Part shown: positions 36,890 through 53,320 of the stretch, piece after piece
How positions within the stretch are numbered: the stretch's first letter is position 1
How the letters are laid out: the number at the start of each line of letters is the position of its first letter
DNA from: an uncultured Chloroflexia bacterium
GTDB lineage: Bacteria > Chloroflexota > Limnocylindria > Limnocylindrales > CSP1-4
Reading direction: 5' to 3'
Length of the DNA: 64,000 bases
Assembly (NCBI GenBank): GCA_963789725.1
Contig: CAWBLU010000003.1
Coordinates: 317,473-381,472 of the forward strand
The notes under the pieces: model-generated
Told to the model about the DNA's origin: nothing
The model's database searches: none
The model's input: only the letters and a program-made list of their open reading frames with translations
Program-made: the position numbers and the translations under genes

Positions 36890-37037
36890 GCGTCAACGGT
36901 ATCCCCTGGCCCCCATTCCGCAATGGGGCGGCAAACGGCGGGCCGGACGCTACTTGTGGGCCTATGCTTGGTCCGTGGCCGGTCCGATCACGTGGCGGTC
37001 GGGAGGCGGCAGATCGAAGCGGCGGTGAGGATCTCCG

Positions 37038-38195
37038 ATGAGGCGCATCGAACCCCGAGGGTGGGCGATACTGTGTGGCACGGTCGCAGTCGTGGCTGTG
37101 GTCGCCGGCGTGGGTCTGATAGGCATGGGCGGGGGCAACCAACCGGTCGCGACCCCACTCCCGAGCCCAACCATCCACTCCCCCGCGGGGACTGGCTTCG
37201 TGGCGCGCCTGCCGCTGGACGGGCCCGCAACTTTCTCCTGGTCACCGGATGGGACGTATCTCCTCGTCGCCGAGTGGAGCACATACGAATCCCGCGTCTA
37301 CGACCGCTTCGGCAAGCTCGTGTCGCAATACGGTTCGATCGAGGGCTGGCTGGACGCGAGACACCTCATCGACGGCAGCGGCTACGTGGCCGACGTCGCG
37401 ACAAGCCACAGTGGCGGCCCAACGGCCAACAGCTGGGTGGTTGCCAACGGCCACGGCTCGGCCGCGATCATCGTCTCCGTGCCTGCCTGCGTCGGCGACC
37501 CGATGATCGACTGGTATCGGGACGGCAAATACGTCAAGACCGGTGAGCAGGCCACGCCCTTCGGTTGGTCGCCCGATGGTAAGTACATCCTCCTGGGCCA
37601 TTTCCAGTGTTCGACCGACGACGCCACGCTCCACGGTTGGAAGGGCCCGGTCGACGTGGTCGACTTTGCCACCGGCAAGGTGATGGCAACCTTGCCGGAT
37701 GTCCGTGGCGAAATGGCCTTCGGCCCCGATCTCGCGGATGTCGCGGCTCAATCGGACGCCGATCTCGAGATCGGTGAGATCGCCTCCGGAGAGGTGACAA
37801 GCGTTCCGGGCGTTCGTTTCCTCGGCTGGCTCGACACCGAGAGCCTCTACGCCGCGAGCGGCTCACAGGTCGATTTCGTCGATCTCGATCCCCTCGCAGT
37901 CGACACGAGCCCCGGCAACGTCTGGCAGGCGGCCTCACCGACGGGGCTTCACCTTCAGGGTGACCTCACCGGCTCGGCCCGACGGATTCTTGCATCCAAC
38001 GGCGACACGCTGCTGGACCTGTCGTCGGCCGGACTCGTGGCCGACCAGTATCCCAGCACGAACGAGCACGTCGTATCGGCCCTGCAGCCGCAATGGTGGT
38101 CGCCGGACGGAGGAATGCTCGCCCTGAGGTCGGCCGACGGCCGGTCGCTGGTCCTGATTTCGGTCGACCCCGACCAGCCGGCCAAACCGTCCTAG
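37038..38195 (+). CDS. membrane-anchored beta-propeller protein (TolB/PD40-like repeats)
   Basis: N-terminal TM, then repeated WSPDG motifs (FSWSPDGTYL, FGWSPDGKYI, WWSPDGGML). Confidence 0.7.
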   Translation: MRRIEPRGWAILCGTVAVVAVVAGVGLIGMGGGNQPVATPLPSPTIHSPAGTGFVARLPLDGPATFSWSPDGTYLLVAEWSTYESRVYDRFGKLVSQYGSIEGWLDARHLIDGSGYVADVATSHSGGPTANSWVVANGHGSAAIIVSVPACVGDPMIDWYRDGKYVKTGEQATPFGWSPDGKYILLGHFQCSTDDATLHGWKGPVDVVDFATGKVMATLPDVRGEMAFGPDLADVAAQSDADLEIGEIASGEVTSVPGVRFLGWLDTESLYAASGSQVDFVDLDPLAVDTSPGNVWQAASPTGLHLQGDLTGSARRILASNGDTLLDLSSAGLVADQYPSTNEHVVSALQPQWWSPDGGMLALRSADGRSLVLISVDPDQPAKPS

Positions 38196-38211
38196 GCATC
38201 GACGAGATGCC

Positions 38212-39693
<1,482 letters not shown>

Positions 39694-39695
39694 CG

Positions 39696-44441
<4,746 letters not shown>

Positions 44442-44689
44442 CCGTCGCGGAAAGGGGAGTGTCGAATAGCCGGTGGTGCCAGGTCAAGGTTGCGAAGGTT
44501 GCGAATCGGTAAGTTGGACAGCCCATCGCAACCTTTCGAGGCCGTCGTCCCGGGACGCGAAGGAGCGGTCAGCCGCCGGATGGGCGAATCGCGCTAGACT
44601 TCCGACGCCTCGATGCGGTGCTCCGGAGGGGCGAAATGCGAGAGGCGAGCTGTACCAGGGACGCTCTGGCATGTTCAGGAGGATCCGCA

Positions 44690-45661
44690 TTGTCGCCACA
44701 GACGCGCCGCGGCCGAGCGGCCCCGCCCAGTCATCGCAAGCCGGCGCCGAACCCGGCTCCGACCGCCGCCAAGCCCGCGGCCGGCCAGCCTCAAGCCGGC
44801 AAAGCCGCGTCTTCTGGCAAGTCCGCGGCTGCTCCCAAGTCCGCGGCCGCGACCAGGCCCGCGCCCGAGGTCGAGTCTGCGGATGACGAGTACGTAGCCC
44901 AGGCGAAGCCAGTCCCGCCCAAACATGCCGGCAAGCCCGTGCGGCGCAAGAGCGGCCTGGCCAAGGTGCGGAAGAGCTCCGCGGCGAAGTACGGCGGCGA
45001 ATGGGTGAAGGCGTACGCGCCCCTCTTCGCGGCGGCGGTCATCGGCTTCTCCGCGCTCTGGGCCTGGATCAGCTTCGGGCCCCACACGCCGTCGCCGAAG
45101 GAGAACTGGACGCGGATCGAGAGCGAGTGGAAACCCAAGCGCGACGCCGACCTGGAGAAGGTCTCGGCGGCCGTCGCCTCGAGCGACTTGACGGCGCAAT
45201 TGGCCGCCTACAGGTCGCTTCGCGACGACACCAAGGGCTGGATGGACGCGCTGACCGCGATCAAGAGCTGGGACGCTCCCGACGCCACGGCCGCGCCGAA
45301 CCAGACGACGACCGTCGTCCAGGCGATGGGCGCGTTCACGGCCGACGGGCAGACCATAGTCACGGTTCTCGATTCGCTCCTGACCGGGGCGACCGAGAAC
45401 GACATCCTGGCCCAGAAGGACCTGCTGGTTGCCGACGACCAGGCGTTCAACGCTGACTACGATACCGTCCGGAACCTGATCACCGGAGAGACGCCGGCCG
45501 CGAGCGTGCAGCCGACGGTAGCCTTTCCGCCCGGAACGTTCGTGCCGTCTCCATCGCCCGGCGCCTCGGTGAGCGCGGGACCCTCGGCGGGGTCGAGCGC
45601 CTCGCCGACGGCCGCCCCGACGTCGACGCCGGCGCCTGCAGCCACGCCGTCCCCGTCCTGA
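44690..45661 (+). CDS. hypothetical membrane-anchored protein with basic/Ala-Pro-rich N-terminus
   Basis: TTG at 44690 preceded by AGGAGGA (44677-44683). One TM (APLFAAAVIGFSALWAWISF) and an extracytoplasmic helical domain. Confidence 0.55.
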   Translation: MSPQTRRGRAAPPSHRKPAPNPAPTAAKPAAGQPQAGKAASSGKSAAAPKSAAATRPAPEVESADDEYVAQAKPVPPKHAGKPVRRKSGLAKVRKSSAAKYGGEWVKAYAPLFAAAVIGFSALWAWISFGPHTPSPKENWTRIESEWKPKRDADLEKVSAAVASSDLTAQLAAYRSLRDDTKGWMDALTAIKSWDAPDATAAPNQTTTVVQAMGAFTADGQTIVTVLDSLLTGATENDILAQKDLLVADDQAFNADYDTVRNLITGETPAASVQPTVAFPPGTFVPSPSPGASVSAGPSAGSSASPTAAPTSTPAPAATPSPS

Positions 45662-45876
45662 TCCGGGCACGATGCCCGCCGCCAACACGGGCGGCAGACG
45701 GGGCCCGGCGTCCCGGCCGGCCGCCTGCGCGAACGCGGGCGAATCTGTACCGAACGTGACAGCCCAAAGTACGGCTTGTGACAGTCCGGTGGAGTCAGTA
45801 CGGTTCGTGTCGGCTTCGTAATGAGGTCGGCACTCATCAACGCTCATGCGCACCGTTCCAGAGGCAGAGGAAGCAG

Positions 45877-46071
45877 ATGGCTGCAATGGCCGTAAACGAA
45901 TTGGGTCCGATGCTCACGGCGAGCGAGGTCGCGGAGATGCTTCATCTTCACGTCAACACCGTGAAGCGGCTCGGCGACCGGGGTGAGTTGCCGTTCTACC
46001 GAGTCTGCAAGCGCGGTGATCGCCGCTTCCGGCTCGCTGACGTAATGGGGTTCCTCGACCGGAGCCGCTAA
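45877..46071 (+). CDS. excisionase/MerR-superfamily HTH DNA-binding protein (BldC/Xis-like, 64 aa)
   Basis: LTASEVAEMLHLHVNTVKRLGDRGELPFYRV..RRF is the excisionase-family HTH pattern. ATG at 45877 preceded by GAGGAAG. Confidence 0.7.
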   Translation: MAAMAVNELGPMLTASEVAEMLHLHVNTVKRLGDRGELPFYRVCKRGDRRFRLADVMGFLDRSR

Positions 46072-46229
46072 CCGAACTGCCCGGTTTGCCGGAGGCCACG
46101 TCACTGGCCATGTGCCTTAGTCCGGCGAACAAGCTTGAGGCCCGCGACTACCGTCGCGGGCCTCAACGATTCTCCGATCCGTGGCCCGACGGCCGAACGG
46201 CGGCCGGCGTGCCGGGCCGGCGTCTCTGC

Positions 46230-47630
46230 CTACGCCTGCACCGGAGGCTGCGACTGGAGCGCGGCCGCAAAGAGATCCAGACCGCTGGAGATCTCATCGG
46301 CCGTGACGTCGATCGGGGGCAGGAATCGGACGACGTTGTGGTGGGTTCCGCAATTGAGGACGAGAAGTCCTTGATCGGCGCAGGCCTGGATCAGGGCATC
46401 GCATGTTTCCGTGTCCGGATCGCGCGTGGCTCGATCCTTGACGAATTCGACGCCGACCATCAGCCCTTTGCCCCTGACGTCGCCGATGCGGTCGTCCTTG
46501 GCCATCAGGGCCTTGAGACCGGCCTCCAGTTCAATGCCGCGAGCGGCCGCATTCTCGACCAGGCCCTGCTCGGCGATAGTGTTCATGACCGCGACGCCGG
46601 CCGCGCAGCTAACGGGATTGCCGCCGAAGGTCGTGCCATGGGCGCCGACGCCCCAGCGCTCCTGCAACTCCCGGCGGGTCACGATGGCCCCGATGGGCAT
46701 GCCGTTGGCAAGGGCCTTGGCCACGCAGACCACGTCCGGGACGATGCCGGCGTGCTCGAAGGCCCACATCTTGCCGGTGCGGGCGATGCCCGACTGGATC
46801 TCGTCGCAGATCAGCAGGATGCCGTGCTCGTCGCAGAGAGCCCTCAACTGCCGCAGGAACGCGGCCGGAGCGGGACTGAAGCCGCCCTCACCCTGGATCG
46901 GCTCGATGATGATCGCGGCCACGGAGCTGGGCGGGATCTCGTGGCCGAGCAGAGTCCGGAGTGAGCCCATGGCGGCGGCGGTGGCCTGTTCTTCATCGCC
47001 ACCGAAGTAGCGGTACACGCTCGGGAAGGGCGTCAGGTAGACGGACGGCAGCATCGGCTCGTAGCCCATGCGGTAGTTGATGCTGGAGCTCGTTATCGAC
47101 GCGGCCCCGAAGGTCCGGCCGTGGAAGGCTCCGCGGAAGGCGATGATGCCCGGCCGGCCGGTCACCCGGCGGGCCAGCTTGAGCGCGGCTTCGACCGCTT
47201 CCGAGCCCGAGTTTCCGAAGAAGACCGTGTCCAGCGGATCGGGGCAGGCGTCGGCGAGCATGGCCGCCAGCCGTCCGACCGGCTCTAGGTAGCCGAGGGC
47301 GTTGCAGATGTGGAGCAGCTTGTCGGCCTGATCCTTGATTGCGGCGGTGACCGCGGGGTGGTGGTGGCCGAGCGAAGTCGTCGCGATGCCGCAGGCGAAG
47401 TCCAGGAAGCCGCGGCCATCCGAGTCGTAAAGGGTGTGGCCTTCGCCGTGACTCCAGGACCGTTCGTAGTAGCGGCCGAGGATCGGCGACAGGTGTGGCT
47501 TGGAGATGGCCGCGTAGTTCCCGGCCGCGGCAAGCGCGTCGATATCCGCCGGGGTCAGGTCGCGGGCCGGTGCGCCGGTCGAGGCCATAGCGGCCGGCGC
47601 GGGGACGACGTGTTCCTTGGCGGTATCCAT
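46230..47630 (-). CDS. class-III pyridoxal-phosphate aminotransferase (GABA/omega-aminotransferase-like)
   Basis: GNSGSEAVEAALKLAR, ...CDEIQSGIARTGKMWAFEH... and PLP-lysine region VVCVAKALANG. Confidence 0.95.
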   Translation of the reverse strand: MDTAKEHVVPAPAAMASTGAPARDLTPADIDALAAAGNYAAISKPHLSPILGRYYERSWSHGEGHTLYDSDGRGFLDFACGIATTSLGHHHPAVTAAIKDQADKLLHICNALGYLEPVGRLAAMLADACPDPLDTVFFGNSGSEAVEAALKLARRVTGRPGIIAFRGAFHGRTFGAASITSSSINYRMGYEPMLPSVYLTPFPSVYRYFGGDEEQATAAAMGSLRTLLGHEIPPSSVAAIIIEPIQGEGGFSPAPAAFLRQLRALCDEHGILLICDEIQSGIARTGKMWAFEHAGIVPDVVCVAKALANGMPIGAIVTRRELQERWGVGAHGTTFGGNPVSCAAGVAVMNTIAEQGLVENAAARGIELEAGLKALMAKDDRIGDVRGKGLMVGVEFVKDRATRDPDTETCDALIQACADQGLLVLNCGTHHNVVRFLPPIDVTADEISSGLDLFAAALQSQPPVQA

Positions 47631-47949
47631 GACGCGGGCTCCTCAGAAGAGACGGTTCGCCGGTCGACTTCGACCGGCGGGGCGTCCCGAGTATAAGCCG
47701 CGAGAGTCCGCGGACCGCCGGGACCGCCACTCCGGACCCGCGGCGAGTTCCGCGGCCGGGCTCCACGGTCGGACTCCGGTGGCCGGACTCCGTGGCCGGG
47801 CCCTAAGGGCGTCGCGCCCGGCGCGCGGCCGCCGATTGCCGAAAGTCCTGCCGGCCGCGCCGAAAGTACCATCCCCGACCGCGGAAGGGGTAGTCTTGTA
47901 GGACCGCGGCGGTGCCGGTGGCACGTTCGGGCGCGATGAGGAGGCAGGG

Positions 47950-48717
47950 ATGGAGCAGACCAGGTTGGCGGCCGTCGGGGACGAGAAACTCGCCCTCGAC
48001 GTCGATGGCAAGACCGTCACCGTCGTCATCAGGCCCGCGGACGGAGACCAGCTCGCCCAGCTCTTCGAAATCGGGCAGGCCCCAGCCTGGGACGATTCGT
48101 CGCCGATGACGGACGTGGAGGTTGCCTCCCTGGTCCGCGGCCTGATCGACGAGGCCGGCAGGCAGGGAAAGTCCGCAGGCATCCTGGGCGTCCCGCCGGC
48201 TGCGGCTCAGGCCTTTCCCGACGACCCGCGGATTTACGTCTCGCCGATCGAGCCCGTCTCGTTCTCTCTTCCCGGGTCGCCGTCGGGCCTCGTCTTCAAC
48301 ATGGACGAGCAGGGTGACGGCAACCTGTGGGCTCTCGGAGACGAACGCGTCCGTCTCGGCTCCGACGGCATGTGGTGGATCGTGAACTGCATGATCGAAT
48401 CCCTGCTAGATCCCGCCACCGCGTCGGCCCGGCCCCGGTTCCTGACGCTCGGAACGACCCTCGGAGGGCCGGCCACCCAGGCCTCGCTGGAGCACGGCGA
48501 ATGGGGTGTCGGGATCGTCTGGCGCAAGCTCAACAGCGGCGTCGTCGGTGAGGTGGTCGCCGTGCAGGAGCTCACCTACGGGAGGGCCGAAGGCTGGCTC
48601 AAGCTCCTCGTCCCGGTCCGCCGCCGACTGGAGGAGCAGCGAGCCCATCGCCAGCGTCTCAGGCCGGCTCGCACCGCCGAGAAATGGGCTCGAGCCCTCG
48701 AGCGCTGGAGCAAGTGA
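47950..48717 (+). CDS. hypothetical protein
   Basis: 255-aa ORF with protein-like composition. No family recognised. Confidence 0.55.
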   Translation: MEQTRLAAVGDEKLALDVDGKTVTVVIRPADGDQLAQLFEIGQAPAWDDSSPMTDVEVASLVRGLIDEAGRQGKSAGILGVPPAAAQAFPDDPRIYVSPIEPVSFSLPGSPSGLVFNMDEQGDGNLWALGDERVRLGSDGMWWIVNCMIESLLDPATASARPRFLTLGTTLGGPATQASLEHGEWGVGIVWRKLNSGVVGEVVAVQELTYGRAEGWLKLLVPVRRRLEEQRAHRQRLRPARTAEKWARALERWSK

Positions 48718-48764
48718 CGGCGCTGGGTCTGCGGCCTGCGCGGGGAATCGCGATCTCATAAGGT

Positions 48765-49628
48765 TTGGCCATGCCATTGCCGAACGGGCCGCGTCCGTGG
48801 CTCGGTCTCAGCCCGGAGACGCTGCGCTTTCTAGAGGTCCATCCGGCTCGCGCGATATCCATACCCGGGCGGGCCTGGCGGGACTTCGGCGACTCCGTGA
48901 TGCTCTTCTCGGCGTCGGAGAAGGAGCCGTTCTTCAACCGTTTGACGGCCGTTCGCTGGCCTGAAGATCCCGGCGAGTTCGACGCCCGCCTGACCCAGGC
49001 GATCGAGCTTTTCGAGGCCCTGGATAGAAAACCCTACTTCTGGCTCATCCCCGAGTTGAGCACGCCGGCGGACGTGGTCGCCCGCCTCGCCACCAATGGC
49101 TTCGTGGATCAGGGCGGCGGCTACGACATGGTTCTCCTGCGCGATCCAGACGGCCGGCCGGAGGTGGCTCTTCCTGCCGGAGCCGTGCTCGAGCACTGGA
49201 ACAACCCATCCGAGGCCGATCGGCCTGCTCTGGCCGAAGCGCTCGCGCTCGTCATCTCGGAGTCGTTCCATATCCCCGATGTCCGCCGAGCGAACCTGGT
49301 GGCCGAGATCGGGCTGACCCTGCAGCAGCCTTACTTCCACGCCTACGTCATCCGCATCAACGGCGAAGCCGTGGCGACCGGCGAGCGGTATTCGTTCGAC
49401 GGCGCCAGCTACATTTCGTCGATCGGGACTCGGCCGGCGTGGCGGGGCCGCGGTCTTGGCGAGATCGTCACCCGGGCCCTGGCTCGCGACTCGATCACCG
49501 CCGGTCTGGATCTTGTCTACCTCGGGGTCTACGCTGACAACGGGCGTGCGATCCGCCTGTACGAGCGGCTCGGGTTCGGAGTGCTGGGCGCTAGATCGTC
49601 GGACATGCTGCTGGAACGGACGCGCTAG
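48765..49628 (+). CDS. GNAT family N-acetyltransferase
   Basis: The C-terminal RPAWRGRGLGEIVTRAL...RLYERLGF is the acetyl-CoA binding motif A/B. Confidence 0.8.
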   Translation: MAMPLPNGPRPWLGLSPETLRFLEVHPARAISIPGRAWRDFGDSVMLFSASEKEPFFNRLTAVRWPEDPGEFDARLTQAIELFEALDRKPYFWLIPELSTPADVVARLATNGFVDQGGGYDMVLLRDPDGRPEVALPAGAVLEHWNNPSEADRPALAEALALVISESFHIPDVRRANLVAEIGLTLQQPYFHAYVIRINGEAVATGERYSFDGASYISSIGTRPAWRGRGLGEIVTRALARDSITAGLDLVYLGVYADNGRAIRLYERLGFGVLGARSSDMLLERTR

Positions 49629-49740
49629 GATGCGCGATCATTCTCGAGACGGACGACTGATTCAGTGGCAAGCCATAGATTCCGCGGAGCGTACGCCGGC
49701 GGAGCAGGGCTTCCGGGCGTAGCCCAATTCAGGGAGTGAG

Positions 49741-50670
49741 ATGACGAACAGCGGCGAGCCTGTCATCCGCGTCTCCGGCCTCAAGAAGTACTACGGCGAC
49801 ATCAAGGCGGTCGACGGGGTCACCTTCGAAGTCGGGCGGGGCGAGGTATTCGGGATGCTGGGCCCGAACGGGGCCGGCAAGACCACGACCATCGAAGTCC
49901 TCGAAGGCCTGCGCCCACCGGACTCGGGCACCGTCGAGGTGTTCGGTCTCGACGTCTGCAAGCACCCCGAATCGATCAAACAGCGCATCGGCGTGCAGCT
50001 GCAGAGCGTGTCGCTGTACCCGCGTTTGACCGTCACGGAATTGCTGGACCTGTTCGGCAGCTTCTTCAAACACTCGGTGCCAACCAAGCAGCTCATCGAC
50101 GCGGTCGACCTCGGCGAGCGTGCCAAGGCATATTCGATGAACCTCTCCGGCGGTCAGCAGCAGCGCCTGTCGATTGCGCTCGCCCTGGTCAACGACCCTG
50201 AGCTGGTCTTTCTGGACGAGCCGACCACCGGCCTCGATCCGCAGGCGCGCCGCTCGCTCTGGGACCTGGTCAAGGGCCTCCAGGCCCGGGGCAAGTCGGT
50301 GATGCTGACGACCCACTACATGGAAGAGGCCGCGGAGTTGTGCGACCGGGTTGCGATCATGGACCACGGCCACATCCTCGAGATGGGAGCCGTGCCCGAA
50401 CTGATCGGACGGCGCTTCAAGGAGCGCGCGGTCTTCTTCGACTCCACGCCTAAGCTACCCGTCGATCAGTTGGCGCGGCTCGGCGGTGTCAGCCGGGCCG
50501 CCCAGGAGGACGGCCAGACGGTCCTGTACTCCAAGGCTGTGGCCGACACGATCGGTGCCCTGCTAGCGATGGCAGACGGCCTGAGCGTCGAGCCGCGCAA
50601 CCTCGGCATCCGCCAGGCCACCCTCGAAGACGTCTTCCTCGACCTGACCGGTCGAGCCCTGCGCGACTAG
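49741..50670 (+). CDS. ABC transporter ATP-binding protein (DrrA/ABC-2 type)
   Basis: Walker A GPNGAGKTT, signature LSGGQQQR, Walker B LVFLDEPTTGLD. Confidence 0.95.
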   Translation: MTNSGEPVIRVSGLKKYYGDIKAVDGVTFEVGRGEVFGMLGPNGAGKTTTIEVLEGLRPPDSGTVEVFGLDVCKHPESIKQRIGVQLQSVSLYPRLTVTELLDLFGSFFKHSVPTKQLIDAVDLGERAKAYSMNLSGGQQQRLSIALALVNDPELVFLDEPTTGLDPQARRSLWDLVKGLQARGKSVMLTTHYMEEAAELCDRVAIMDHGHILEMGAVPELIGRRFKERAVFFDSTPKLPVDQLARLGGVSRAAQEDGQTVLYSKAVADTIGALLAMADGLSVEPRNLGIRQATLEDVFLDLTGRALRD

Positions 50671-50680
50671 GAGCCCAACA

Positions 50681-51778
50681 ATGAAGACACTCATCGGGCT
50701 CACCGTCGCAAATCTCAAGGGTTTGACCCGCGACCGGGCCGCGCTCTTCTGGACCTTCTTCTTCCCCGTCATGTTCGTGCTGCTCTTCGGCGTGCTCTTC
50801 TCGGGCAGCGGCGACAGCAAGGTATCAGTCGGCTGGGTCGACGAGGACGGCACGCCGGCGTCGGCGGGGCTACGGACGGCATTCGAAAGCGTCCCGCTGA
50901 TCACCCTTCAGAACGGCACGCTGGACGACGAGAAGGCGGCGATGCAGCGGGGCGACGTCTCGGCCATCATCGTCGTCCCCAAGGGTATGCAGACGACCCT
51001 GGCCGGAGCCAAAGCCAATTCCGGGGCTTCGGTGGCGATCCAGCTTTTCACGGATCCGTCGAAGACCCAGACCACCCAGGTAGTCCAGGGTGTCGTCAGC
51101 CAGATCGCTAATTACTTCAACCTGCAGCTGGCCGGCGGCACCCAGGTCATGACCGTCAGCCAGGAAACCTTCGCTTCCACGAACATCTCCACCGTCGCCT
51201 ATCTCGTGCCGAGCATCCTGGCGATGGCTCTGATGCAGCTGGGCGTGTTCGCCGCGGTTCCTCTCGTGCAGCAGCGTGAGAAGGGGATCCTCAAGCGGTT
51301 GGGAGCCACGCCCCTTCAGCGCTGGAAGCTGGTCGCCAGCAACATCCTCCTGCGGCTCATGGTGGCGGCTATCGACACGGTTCTGATCATCGGCATAGGC
51401 ATAGCCGTGTTCCACATCGAGATCGTCGGCAACATCGCCGTCGCCGCGGGCTTCGTCTTCCTCGGTGCCGGAGCGTTCCTGGCCCTCGGCTTCATGCTCG
51501 CGTCGTTCCTCAAGACCGAGGAGCAGGCCACGGGCGTGGTCCAGGTCGTACAGATGCCGTTGATGTTCCTTTCGGGGATCTTCTTCCCGTTCGATTTCAT
51601 GCCGGACTTCCTGCGGTCGGTGGCGAGGCTTCTGCCCCTCACCTACCTTGGCGACGGCTTACGGCAATCGATGGTCAACGGGACGCAGATCGCCCCACTG
51701 GGACTGGACGCACTGATCCTGGGCGGCTGGCTGGTGGTCTGCCTGGTGGTGGCGGCTCGCTCTTTCAGCTGGGACTAG
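50681..51778 (+). CDS. ABC-2 family transporter permease
   Basis: N-terminal TM, a large extracytoplasmic loop, then five C-terminal TMs. It follows the ATPase gene after 10 nt. Confidence 0.9.
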   Translation: MKTLIGLTVANLKGLTRDRAALFWTFFFPVMFVLLFGVLFSGSGDSKVSVGWVDEDGTPASAGLRTAFESVPLITLQNGTLDDEKAAMQRGDVSAIIVVPKGMQTTLAGAKANSGASVAIQLFTDPSKTQTTQVVQGVVSQIANYFNLQLAGGTQVMTVSQETFASTNISTVAYLVPSILAMALMQLGVFAAVPLVQQREKGILKRLGATPLQRWKLVASNILLRLMVAAIDTVLIIGIGIAVFHIEIVGNIAVAAGFVFLGAGAFLALGFMLASFLKTEEQATGVVQVVQMPLMFLSGIFFPFDFMPDFLRSVARLLPLTYLGDGLRQSMVNGTQIAPLGLDALILGGWLVVCLVVAARSFSWD

Positions 51779-51966
51779 AGGCGCAATTCCTCGGTCCGCC
51801 GGCGCGCCCGGCGGTGATTCGGCACCGCCCGGCAGAGGCCAGGCATAGTACTCGTGTGGCCTTATGGGGCGCCGAATCCCGGCTCTAGAATTGCCCGGAA
51901 TGGTGGGCCGGAGCATCTCGTCACCTCCGGCGGCACCCCAGAGCGGGTACTTACGGAGGCGGACTC

Positions 51967-53232
51967 ATGGCGACCGGACTAGGCTTCTGCCCCAACTGCG
52001 GGACGCCGCGGACCGCGGTCGAGCAGAAGTTCTGTGCAACCTGCGGCGGCGCGCTGGCGGCGTTGGCCGTGCCGGCCGCGGCGCCCACCCCACCGCCGGC
52101 TCCGCAGGTAGAGGCGGCCCCGCCTCCTCCCGCCTGGGCGGCACCGGCCGCCGCGCCCACCCCACCACCCGCACCGCAGGTGGACGCGGCACCCCCGCTA
52201 CCCGCCTGGGCGGCCACGGTAGCGGCACCAACCCCTCCGCCGGCGGCACAGTTCGATGCGGCCCCGCCTCCTCCCGCCTGGGCGGCACCGGCCGCGGCGC
52301 CCGTCCCACCGCCCTCACCCCAGGTCGACTACGCTCCGCCACCCCCGCCCCCGGCGTGGACCCCCCAGGCGGGACAGGGCTACCAGCCCGCTCCGCCGCC
52401 GTATGGCATGACCGCGCCCGCGGGCCAGTCGCAGGCCAAGAGCCGCTTCAGTCCGGCCCTGATCCTCGTCGGCGTGCTCCTGATCGCAGCCGTCGCCGGT
52501 GGAGCGTATCTGGTCACGAACAACAACAAGAACAACCCGAGCGGTCCTGGCGCGAGCGGCCCGGTCGCTTCCGCACCCGCGACGGACGTCGGCAGCGACA
52601 CCGGCAACGGCCTAGGGCTGACCGGGGCCGCCGGCGCGATGTCAAAGATCACCAGCTACAGGTTCACCATCACCATGGTGGGCGGGGACGCGACCGACGC
52701 TCTGTCGAGTCTTCCCGGAGCCCTCGGCGGGAACAACGGTGAGATCACCATGAGCGGCACCGTGACGATGGTGCCCGAACAGGCGGCCGACATCGATCTG
52801 GTCGGCATCCATATCATCGAAGTCGGCGGCTTCGACTACATGGACATTTCGGGCGCTGGCACCTTCTACAAGACGGAGTCGACCGGCATGGCCGAATCGA
52901 TGTCCCCGTCCACGCTGTTCTCACAGGCCGTGGACGCCTCCACCGCCACCGGCTTCAAGAAAGCCGGATCCGGTAACAAGAACGGGGTGGCGGCCGACCA
53001 GTACCAGGCCACGACTTCGGCCCTGTCCGACTATGCCGCCTCCTCGGGAGTCAAGGGCGCCACTTGGTCGGCCGAAGTCTGGATCGCCAGGGACGGCGGC
53101 TATCCGGTCAGCATGTCGGTCATCGGCATCGGCGCGGACAAGAGCGTCGTGTATCAGATGAGCTTCGACATCACGCACGTCAACGACCCGGCCAACAAAG
53201 TGACGGCACCGACCAACGTCGTCGGCGTCTAG
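51967..53232 (+). CDS. zinc-ribbon protein with Pro-rich 24-aa repeats, TM anchor and extracytoplasmic domain
   Basis: CPNCGTP...CATCGG. About 3.5 copies of AAAPTPPPAPQV(E/D)AAPPPPAWAAP (72-bp DNA repeat, about 52078-52335). TM ALILVGVLLIAAVAGGAYLV. Confidence 0.75.
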   Translation: MATGLGFCPNCGTPRTAVEQKFCATCGGALAALAVPAAAPTPPPAPQVEAAPPPPAWAAPAAAPTPPPAPQVDAAPPLPAWAATVAAPTPPPAAQFDAAPPPPAWAAPAAAPVPPPSPQVDYAPPPPPPAWTPQAGQGYQPAPPPYGMTAPAGQSQAKSRFSPALILVGVLLIAAVAGGAYLVTNNNKNNPSGPGASGPVASAPATDVGSDTGNGLGLTGAAGAMSKITSYRFTITMVGGDATDALSSLPGALGGNNGEITMSGTVTMVPEQAADIDLVGIHIIEVGGFDYMDISGAGTFYKTESTGMAESMSPSTLFSQAVDASTATGFKKAGSGNKNGVAADQYQATTSALSDYAASSGVKGATWSAEVWIARDGGYPVSMSVIGIGADKSVVYQMSFDITHVNDPANKVTAPTNVVGV

Positions 53233-53269
53233 CCCTCGCGCCTTGCGGCGTCGAACCAGCGAGAACGTG

Positions 53270-53296
53270 GAGACCCCGGCCCTCGGTCGGGGTCTC
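53270..53296. terminator. hairpin between convergent genes
   Basis: GAGACCCCG-gccctcggt-CGGGGTCTC followed by TT. There is no long U-tract. Confidence 0.4.
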
Positions 53297-53320
53297 TTCG
53301 CGCCGCCCGACTCTCAATAC

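Noticed and set aside
47660-47677. Palindrome GCCGGTCGA-CT-TCGACCGGC about 30 nt upstream of the aminotransferase start
   Set aside because: It could be an operator or a 5'-UTR hairpin. It is a single isolated element with no further evidence, so it was not elevated to a finding.
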